IMG/VR virus record: IMGVR_UViG_3300017917_000952
Location: 124,001 to 188,000 of that record
Reading direction: 5' to 3' (one strand)
DNA length: 64,000 nucleotides
Part shown: positions 16,433 to 24,487 of the stretch, one piece after another
How positions within the stretch are numbered: the first letter of the stretch is position 1
How the letters are laid out: every line of letters starts with the position of its first letter
Program-made: the position numbers and the translations under genes
Notes under the pieces: model-generated
What the model saw: the letters and a program-made list of their open reading frames with translations, nothing else
Database searches by the model: none
Told to the model about the DNA's origin: nothing

Positions 16433-19400
16433 ATGGCGGGAAATAGACAATCAGGAACAAGGTCACTAGCCCCAAAGAGCGGGTCAGTTCAATCTCCTAA
16501 TTCATCTTTTATTTCACAAAATGATAACGGTGTAACGCTGGTATTATCATCGTCTACTAACATAGGCGGATTTTTAAGAGTTGTAAATGCAGGGACCGGT
16601 CTTTCCTTTGCTGTTATTAAGAATAACGCACAAAACGTTGGAAGTGTAAACAATCCTACAGGAAATGATCCACTTGCTCCTATAGATCAATCGTTGTTTA
16701 GTACTACGGCTCAGAGACAAACGGCAGGTGCATACTTTGCCGGTGGTGTCGGTATCGAAAAGGACTTAGCCGTAGGCGGATTTATCTACGGTCGTATTGC
16801 TGCTGCCAACACAGCAACCACGGCATCTAACATTGCTGTCTTAGAAACTAACGAAGATAAGAGATACTTCCCATTATTCACTGACGAAGATGGTATGATT
16901 GTGCAAGGCGCACAGATCTACGGTGATATTTTAAATCAAGACGGCAGCGAAGGTGGCCTGACCTATAACCCATACCTTGGTAAAATTACTACTGAGCGAG
17001 TTAAGATTAAATCTACAGATGATGCATCTAGTGTAGAAAGTGCTGCATTGTCTGTAGATGGTGGCGCCGGTGTTAAACTCAACTTAATGGTTGGACAAAA
17101 TATCATACCAGAAAGTGACGGTAGCGCAATTGGTACTGAAGAAGTTAGTTGGAGAGATGCATATCTAACTAATATCTATACAAAATTTTTAGGTAATACG
17201 AACAGCAACATCACACTAAGTCCAGCGGGCGGAGAAGGCATTGTTGAATTGTTCGGAGACATTCGCGTAAGAGGTAATAACCCAGTAGGTACTGCACCAG
17301 TTGTTACAAATACACTGTATGTAACCATGGACGGTAACGACACTAACGACGGCCGTGCAATGGATCCGAGCCGTGCTTGCCGTACAATTGGCGGTGCAAT
17401 GAACAGTCCGTACTATCAACCAGGCACACAGATTCTAGTAAGTCCTGGTCGTTATTTAGAAGACAACCCCTTAGTCATGAAGCCTTATACTTCGGTAAGA
17501 GGCAGCGATATTCGTACAACGTTTGTTGAACCAATTAACAAAACTCAAGACTTGTTCCATATGAATAGCGGTTGCTATTTAAACTATATGAACTTCTTGA
17601 ATGGCCGTAGCGGCAAGTTACCTGGCCAATACAACGAACGATTCAACAGAGGTGCGTTTGCAACAGCGTTCCCTCCTCAGACAGGTGATAACAGAATTGA
17701 CCTGTTCCAGAGTCCATATATTCAAAACTGTACTAACCAAAGCGGGCCATGGTTAATTGACGGTACAATGTTTGTACCTAACCAAACCGTTCAAGTACCT
17801 CAAGCAGTAGCAGTAGGATCTTGGGAAGCAAATACTACAACATTACTAGTTAATGTACAGCAAGGCGATATTGTAATTGGCCAGAGTATCAATCCAGGTA
17901 AACAAAATCCAGGATTCTTCAACGCAAGAACATTACTGCTAGCAAACAAGCCCTTCATTCAAAGTCAAACCGTTGCTTGGGTAAACACAAACTTCCCTGG
18001 CTTTGTTTATAATGAACAACTATGCTTTAGAGATGCCGGCATTTTAGTTGAAAACATGTCTTATGACATGGCCTTCGGCGGAAATGAGAAGAGTGTTGAA
18101 AGCGGGCTTTCATATTACAGAGGTGTAACTAGTGTTATTGCAGGACAAGAAACACAGACTGTAGGGGCAATCGAATACATTAAGTATCTATGCAGCCTAA
18201 TTGTCGAAAACAACACTTGCCCTGTCCTTACACCTCCGGCAAATATTCCTGTAAATTCTCAGGTCATTAACCTTAACTGCACAGGCGGTGCTATTGCATT
18301 AGATTCAATTGACAATTTATTTGACATCGTTATTGATATTATTAACAATGGTCCCGATGCTGCTCCTGATCTGTATATTGGTCCTGGACCTGACGCAGCC
18401 TTTGTCAGTGCAGAAATTTTAATGCAGGCAAACAGAAAGTTTATTCAAGAAATTACTCTTGATCATATTAACACTAACCTGTGTGTGCCTCCAAAGAGTT
18501 TACCTTATAACCAAATTAGATGCAAGAGAGATGCATTAATTATTCTTGACAGTGTTAGTTCAGACCTGTTATTTCCAACAACAGGAAACAGTCAGAGTAC
18601 CTTTGCAGGTATTCAGTATTTCTCCCAAGGCGGATACACCGGAAGTATACCGGCTGAAATTACTGCAACTATCGCAGCAATTACATACCTAAGAGATTTA
18701 AGTTTAGAAATTGTACAGAACATTACAGCAGAGATGGATGCAGTGTTAGGTATCTATCGATATACTGTTGGCGCACAAACTACTGCTAGTAACTATGCAA
18801 CAGCCTCCGAAGTGGCTACTCTAAAATCTGGATTTAATAACATCCTAACAATCTTAGGTGGTAAATCTACCGGATGGACTGACTTGATTGTACCAAACGG
18901 CGGTGAACCTAGTCCGTTTACTAGTGTAAAAAATGCCTACGATTTATTATTAGCAAATACCAGTTACATCCAAGGAGAAATTATTGGATTTGTAACTGCA
19001 AACTATCCAACACTGGTCTACGATCAGGCAAAATGCGAACGAGATGTAGAGTATATTCTACAGAGCCTTGCGTTTGATTTACTCTACGGAGGAAATCGTC
19101 AAAGCATTCAGGCAGGTCTAAGTTATTATTCTAATCTAACAGGCGTAACTGTTATACCAAATGAAACAACAGCAACAATAGATGCATTTACATTTATGAA
19201 AGATGTTGCAGTTGATCTTATTCAAGGTAACGCATACACACCAATTCAGACTAGAGTAAAACCAGTAACAGGATTACCGTTAAGTGATGCATCTGCTGCA
19301 ACAGAGATTACTAAGATCTTTAGCACAATCACAGATATTATCTTATCTGGTCCTAGTATTGCTGCTCCTCTTGAACCAATTAATTTAACTAGGTCCACTA

Positions 19401-21847
19401 GTACAACGGTAATCAATGCATTTGATATTATTAAAGCAAACAAGAATTTTATTGTTGCTGAAATGATTGCATATCTTGATAATACATATAATCCTGGAAG
19501 TTTTAACTACGACCAAGAATTGTGCTATCGAGATGTTGGCCTGATTATCGACGCAGTTAGCCAGGACATTCTATTAGGCGGAAATCAAAAGTCTCTCGAA
19601 GCAGGTCTAAGTTATTGGAGCGCCGGATACAATTACGTTTCTGGCCAAGTCTCTACAACAACGGCTGCAATTAACTATGTTCGCGATGTTGCGTTACAGG
19701 TAATTGCTAACACTACAGTAACTGGAATAACAAATACAGTTACAAAACAAGTAATTAATACCTTCTTCCAGTATGGCGGCGACTACATGCCGCAGGAAGC
19801 AGTGTCTAGAAACTTTAATATCATTACAGATATTATTGAGAACGGACCTGCGGTAGCACCTCCTATATATGCAGGCGGTGGTCTGTTTAGCCTAACAGGT
19901 CTGAATGGCAGTTCTGTAAAGATCGCACCAAAGGTAACTAGCGTTAACGAAGTCAGTACTGGTACATATTTGATCGGTTTGAACACAGCAACAATCGGAT
20001 TTGGAAAAAATGCAACATTGTATTTCGGAGAAACTGCGGTTTATCCGTTACAAGATGCACAAGTTTCTGCAAAGAGCTTAGAATACACAGGCAATGCAAC
20101 TACCTGGGATGAAAGAAAAGTAGATCCTAACGGTTCTATGGGCGGTAGTCTTGTTGACGGTGGAGTAATTAGTGATCGAAGCCCGATCCAGTCGTTTGTT
20201 TACGATGCGTTTACTCAACTTAACCAGGGCGGTGTTGGTATCAAAGTTACTAACAACGGCTACGCACAGTTAGTTTCTGTGTTTACAATTTTCTGTTCCG
20301 TGGGTGTTCAATGCGATAACGGAGGTATTGCTTCTATTACTAACTCTAACTGTAACTTCGGTGACATATCGTTGCTAGCAAAAGGCTACGGTAAGAGAGA
20401 GTTTAGCGGTACAGTATTCAATCCAAAGTTTAGAGCATATCCTTTCAGTCCTAACGGCCCGGGATTGCCTTACCTTGATCAATTCTATCCAGAGGGTTAC
20501 TGGCCTAACAATGGCGGTCGTGTTGAAGTGTTTGTCCCAGACACAGCAAACAGACCTCACATTGGCCTAGTAATGGAAGTTGAGCCCCCACTAGGCTATC
20601 TAAACGAACAAAGTTTACCAGGGTTCTTAAATGCTACACCTAGCACCAGCACACTAACAACTGGCACAATCAACCTAACAGGCATCAGTACAACTGATGT
20701 GTTTATTGGTAACGAATTAATTGTTAGAGATCAATTTGGTAGACAGTATGACGACAACGGCGTCTACTATGTTGCTACCGGTACTGTAGTTACAGATGTT
20801 AACTATAATTCAATTAGCCTCAGCAATGCACTAACTAGTGGCGGCGGGGATCCGACTAACCCGACATACTTTACACTATATTTCTGCGGAAATAGTTATT
20901 ACACAGTCCTTACTAGCGCAGTAGCAAACCAACCTTATGCTCCTAATACAAACATATTAGCAGCAAACAGTGATCCGTACTATCAAGGCCCACCAACAAG
21001 CCAGATTGCGGCTCACGTAACCGCACTTCAACATATGAGAAGTGTTGTTGATGCAGTTATTGATAATATACCTGTTACGCCTACCGCAGGAAATACTGCT
21101 ACGCAGGTTATTACTCCGTCTATCGTTGGCGGCGTACAAGCTCAGGCCTTTGTTGACTTACACATCGAATACATTATTGATATAGTCAATGCACCTAATT
21201 ACGCAGCAGCAACCGCAGTGGTTCCGCAAAGTCAAATACTAGAATCTGGTACTATACCCAATGGCGCGGGTAGTTGTATAATCTTGATTGAATCAAATAT
21301 AGAATTTATCGCACAAGAAGTTGCGGCCTATGTTGATTTTTGGTTATCGGGCGGCATAGGCAGTTACGATAAAACAAAATGTATTAGAGACATTAAACTA
21401 ATCTTACGACAACTAATTTATGATCTACAAAGTGGCGGAAACTATAATAGCATTTACTCTGGTCTAAGTTACTGGAGTCGTCCAGGCACACATCACATTG
21501 TTGAACTAGGCGAAGCGGTTGCAAGACCTGAATACTTCCCAGACGGTGCTATTATTAATTTCTATCAAAGAAGTTATATCAGTGCCAGCGGATACCTATT
21601 TGAATATGTAGGAGCAGGTACTAACTATGGCGCATTACCTCAACGTGGCGTAGCAGATCCTGTACAGAGTAAAGAAACAGTTCAGTTAAACGCAGGTAAG
21701 GTATTCTTTACCAGCACCGACCAGAACGGTGACTTTAGAATTGGTCCAGGATTAGTAATTAGTCAGGCAACGGGTGTTCTAAGCGGTAGAACATTCGTTC
21801 AAAGTTTATACGCAAATATGACTCCATTCATATTAGCAATTGAATAA
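16433..21847 (+). CDS. Large virion structural protein (1804 aa): beta-helix-like regions plus five helical repeats resembling phycobiliprotein subunits
   Basis: YVTMDGNDTNDG...CRTIGGA beta-helix-type start; repeats with Y-x4-C-x-R-D...GGN...GLSY at Cys531, 697, 868, 1031, 1650; late promoter at 16405-12. Confidence 0.75.
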   Translation: MAGNRQSGTRSLAPKSGSVQSPNSSFISQNDNGVTLVLSSSTNIGGFLRVVNAGTGLSFAVIKNNAQNVGSVNNPTGNDPLAPIDQSLFSTTAQRQTAGAYFAGGVGIEKDLAVGGFIYGRIAAANTATTASNIAVLETNEDKRYFPLFTDEDGMIVQGAQIYGDILNQDGSEGGLTYNPYLGKITTERVKIKSTDDASSVESAALSVDGGAGVKLNLMVGQNIIPESDGSAIGTEEVSWRDAYLTNIYTKFLGNTNSNITLSPAGGEGIVELFGDIRVRGNNPVGTAPVVTNTLYVTMDGNDTNDGRAMDPSRACRTIGGAMNSPYYQPGTQILVSPGRYLEDNPLVMKPYTSVRGSDIRTTFVEPINKTQDLFHMNSGCYLNYMNFLNGRSGKLPGQYNERFNRGAFATAFPPQTGDNRIDLFQSPYIQNCTNQSGPWLIDGTMFVPNQTVQVPQAVAVGSWEANTTTLLVNVQQGDIVIGQSINPGKQNPGFFNARTLLLANKPFIQSQTVAWVNTNFPGFVYNEQLCFRDAGILVENMSYDMAFGGNEKSVESGLSYYRGVTSVIAGQETQTVGAIEYIKYLCSLIVENNTCPVLTPPANIPVNSQVINLNCTGGAIALDSIDNLFDIVIDIINNGPDAAPDLYIGPGPDAAFVSAEILMQANRKFIQEITLDHINTNLCVPPKSLPYNQIRCKRDALIILDSVSSDLLFPTTGNSQSTFAGIQYFSQGGYTGSIPAEITATIAAITYLRDLSLEIVQNITAEMDAVLGIYRYTVGAQTTASNYATASEVATLKSGFNNILTILGGKSTGWTDLIVPNGGEPSPFTSVKNAYDLLLANTSYIQGEIIGFVTANYPTLVYDQAKCERDVEYILQSLAFDLLYGGNRQSIQAGLSYYSNLTGVTVIPNETTATIDAFTFMKDVAVDLIQGNAYTPIQTRVKPVTGLPLSDASAATEITKIFSTITDIILSGPSIAAPLEPINLTRSTSTTVINAFDIIKANKNFIVAEMIAYLDNTYNPGSFNYDQELCYRDVGLIIDAVSQDILLGGNQKSLEAGLSYWSAGYNYVSGQVSTTTAAINYVRDVALQVIANTTVTGITNTVTKQVINTFFQYGGDYMPQEAVSRNFNIITDIIENGPAVAPPIYAGGGLFSLTGLNGSSVKIAPKVTSVNEVSTGTYLIGLNTATIGFGKNATLYFGETAVYPLQDAQVSAKSLEYTGNATTWDERKVDPNGSMGGSLVDGGVISDRSPIQSFVYDAFTQLNQGGVGIKVTNNGYAQLVSVFTIFCSVGVQCDNGGIASITNSNCNFGDISLLAKGYGKREFSGTVFNPKFRAYPFSPNGPGLPYLDQFYPEGYWPNNGGRVEVFVPDTANRPHIGLVMEVEPPLGYLNEQSLPGFLNATPSTSTLTTGTINLTGISTTDVFIGNELIVRDQFGRQYDDNGVYYVATGTVVTDVNYNSISLSNALTSGGGDPTNPTYFTLYFCGNSYYTVLTSAVANQPYAPNTNILAANSDPYYQGPPTSQIAAHVTALQHMRSVVDAVIDNIPVTPTAGNTATQVITPSIVGGVQAQAFVDLHIEYIIDIVNAPNYAAATAVVPQSQILESGTIPNGAGSCIILIESNIEFIAQEVAAYVDFWLSGGIGSYDKTKCIRDIKLILRQLIYDLQSGGNYNSIYSGLSYWSRPGTHHIVELGEAVARPEYFPDGAIINFYQRSYISASGYLFEYVGAGTNYGALPQRGVADPVQSKETVQLNAGKVFFTSTDQNGDFRIGPGLVISQATGVLSGRTFVQSLYANMTPFILAIE

Positions 21848-21858
21848 AGAGAGATGAT

Positions 21859-22242
21859 ATGGCACAGTTACCATTAAACAAATTTTTAACAAAGACTGCG
21901 GTACTTACAACAAATACCACAGCAACGGTCTATACCAGTCCGATCGGTGTAACTTCTATTGTGTTAATGGCACAAGTTTCAAACTTAGATACAAGCACAC
22001 ACTATCTAACTTTCGAACACTTCCGTTATAAAACTGTATTGCCTGATGCTCAAGGCTTCGGCGGTCAAACAGGAAACACTCCTAGTACATTGATCAAAGA
22101 CTATGCGATTCCTGCTAATGATGCTGGATCGCCAATCTTTGGAAAATTAATTGTTGAAGAATTAGATAGTATACGAGCACACGCCGATACAACAGGAACA
22201 CTTCAGTTAGTATTAAGCATTCTGCAGACAGCAAATAGTTAA
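21859..22242 (+). CDS. Small structural protein (127 aa)
   Basis: Beta-rich, co-oriented within fibre cluster directly after the 1804-aa gene. Confidence 0.6.
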   Translation: MAQLPLNKFLTKTAVLTTNTTATVYTSPIGVTSIVLMAQVSNLDTSTHYLTFEHFRYKTVLPDAQGFGGQTGNTPSTLIKDYAIPANDAGSPIFGKLIVEELDSIRAHADTTGTLQLVLSILQTANS

Positions 22243-22254
22243 TAGGACATAGCA

Positions 22255-23325
22255 ATGCCAAGTTTATTAAGCGGATCAAAATTAAGAACAGGAGGTAGCG
22301 GGGAGTTTATCAAACTTCAAAACGCTATGCCTCAACTTCCGCAAAGTCCTACAACTAGTACCGGCTATACTGTAGTAACTAACGATAAATTAGTGACAAC
22401 ATACGCCAGCAGTTTAGGTAATGTTGAGTTTAATGGCGGCCAGATTTATAGCAATATAAACACTCAGACCTTAACTATAATAGGTACAGGAACAACTGCG
22501 GTTGTTATTAAGGCAAACAGTCCAGTATCGAGCACTAGTACCTTACGTGTACAAGGTGGTGCAGGAATAGACGGAGACCTATTTGTAGGCGGATACTTTG
22601 ATGCTAGTACATCTACCTTCCTAACTTTAAAAGTTAATAGTACACTAACTTCTACTGATCCGTTTACAGGAGCATTCCAAGTAGTTGGAGGTGCTGGTAT
22701 CGGAGAAAACTTAAACGTCTTTGGCAGATTAGGTGTGTTAAGCACCGCATCTTTTAGCACAGATGTTATAGTTAACAGAAAGTTAGACGTAGTCAGTACA
22801 GCAACATTCGATAGTGATATAAATGTACTAAAAACTACAACGACTAAAAATCTTATTTCGTTAAACACCGCAACATTCAACACAGATGTAAACGTTATTA
22901 ATTCTGTTAATATTACAGGCGAATTAAATGTAACAGGTAACGATGCTGTTAATTTAAGTCCGTCTGCTGCCAACGTTAATATACAGCCTTCGATTGGGGG
23001 CTCTATTACAATACAACCTAGTGTAGCAGGCACCATGGATAACATGATCATCGGCCAGTCTAACGCACAGGATGGATATTTTCAGACTGTAGATGCCGGT
23101 GATTTGACCGTAACAAATACTGCATGGGTCGGCGGTAGTGTGTATAGTCAGGACGGCATTGCCTACTACAATAATTTATTGTACACACCAAAAGTTACAA
23201 TATCAACAACACCGCCGGCCTCACCTAGACTTGGTGATTTTTGGATTGACCCGACTTACGGAGTTGAGTGCCAATATATCGATGACGGTGGCAATTTTAT
23301 TTGGGTACAATTTACAGGATTCTAA
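22255..23325 (+). CDS. Fibre-type structural protein (356 aa)
   Basis: STSTLRVQGGAGIDGDLFVGG-type repeats; C-terminal PRLGDFWID module. Confidence 0.7.
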   Translation: MPSLLSGSKLRTGGSGEFIKLQNAMPQLPQSPTTSTGYTVVTNDKLVTTYASSLGNVEFNGGQIYSNINTQTLTIIGTGTTAVVIKANSPVSSTSTLRVQGGAGIDGDLFVGGYFDASTSTFLTLKVNSTLTSTDPFTGAFQVVGGAGIGENLNVFGRLGVLSTASFSTDVIVNRKLDVVSTATFDSDINVLKTTTTKNLISLNTATFNTDVNVINSVNITGELNVTGNDAVNLSPSAANVNIQPSIGGSITIQPSVAGTMDNMIIGQSNAQDGYFQTVDAGDLTVTNTAWVGGSVYSQDGIAYYNNLLYTPKVTISTTPPASPRLGDFWIDPTYGVECQYIDDGGNFIWVQFTGF

Positions 23326-23328
23326 ACT

Positions 23329-24471
23329 ATGGCATTATTAAACTTTCCTACAAGTCCTTCAGTAAATGATACCTATGTTATAGGAAACATAACTTATCAA
23401 TGGACCGGCAGTGCATGGATACGACTAACCAGTAGCACTAGCTCGCCTATTATTATTAACACAATTAGCCAAAGTTTATCAACTGTAACCGGCAGTGTAG
23501 TAATTACAGGCGGTCTAGGAGTTGGCGGATCTGTTAATATTGGCTCAACAAGTACAATTGCCGGCGCTGAAATTATTACAACATCTACATTAGATACCTT
23601 TGTTAAACAAACAGTAGTCTACGCAGGAACCGATACGGCAGTCGGCGCAGTAACTACTTCCGGATTTCAGTATGTAACAATTTGGAACACTAGCACATTA
23701 CAGACTGTAACAGACAGGGGTAATTCTACAACCAATGCTATACAAGTTTTAAATCCTTCAAATGCAATAAGCACAGGCTCGGGTGCTCTAGTCATCAACG
23801 GTGGTGTAGGCATAGGTCAAGATTTATGGATCGGCGGAACTATTTACAGCGCCGGTGTTCCTGTTATTACAACTAGTTCTTTAATTAGTGATATTCTTGC
23901 AGGACCTGACATTAAGGTCGAATCAACATCATCGTACTTAATTACTGGAACAACGTCGATCTTAATCTCTAATACCAGTACACTACAAACTGTAACCACT
24001 AGAGGAAACACTACAGATCAGCAGGTAATCTTCTCTAATGCCACAGAATCTACGTCTAGCACTACAGGAGCGGTTATAATTAGTGGCGGACTAGGAGTAG
24101 CAAAACGCATAAATTCTGAAAGTTTACAGATTGCAGATACAATCATGGATTCTGCGAAAATTTTGGTAAATACTACAGATACGATAGTAGTCGACTCATA
24201 CCCGGTAACACAGTATAGGTCGGCAAAATACTTAATTCAGATAACAGAGGGGACTGGATCTGGGGCAAGTTTTGAAACTATTGAGATTTTATTGTTAGTA
24301 GATAATGATCAAACGGTATATGCAACCGAATACGCTGTGTTAACTTCACATGGTGACCTTGGAGAATTTGCCGCAGACGTTCAAGGAGATGATATGGTTA
24401 GACTGTATTTTACTGCACATTACGCTACTAGCAAAGAGGTAAAGATATTTAGGACTGGGATGACCGTCTAA
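23329..24471 (+). CDS. Fibre-type structural protein (380 aa)
   Basis: N-terminal FPTSPSVND...YQWTGSAW module, GALVxxGGxG repeats, C-terminal YRSAKY domain. Confidence 0.7.
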   Translation: MALLNFPTSPSVNDTYVIGNITYQWTGSAWIRLTSSTSSPIIINTISQSLSTVTGSVVITGGLGVGGSVNIGSTSTIAGAEIITTSTLDTFVKQTVVYAGTDTAVGAVTTSGFQYVTIWNTSTLQTVTDRGNSTTNAIQVLNPSNAISTGSGALVINGGVGIGQDLWIGGTIYSAGVPVITTSSLISDILAGPDIKVESTSSYLITGTTSILISNTSTLQTVTTRGNTTDQQVIFSNATESTSSTTGAVIISGGLGVAKRINSESLQIADTIMDSAKILVNTTDTIVVDSYPVTQYRSAKYLIQITEGTGSGASFETIEILLLVDNDQTVYATEYAVLTSHGDLGEFAADVQGDDMVRLYFTAHYATSKEVKIFRTGMTV

Positions 24472-24487
24472 TTTAGGAAACACTAAC

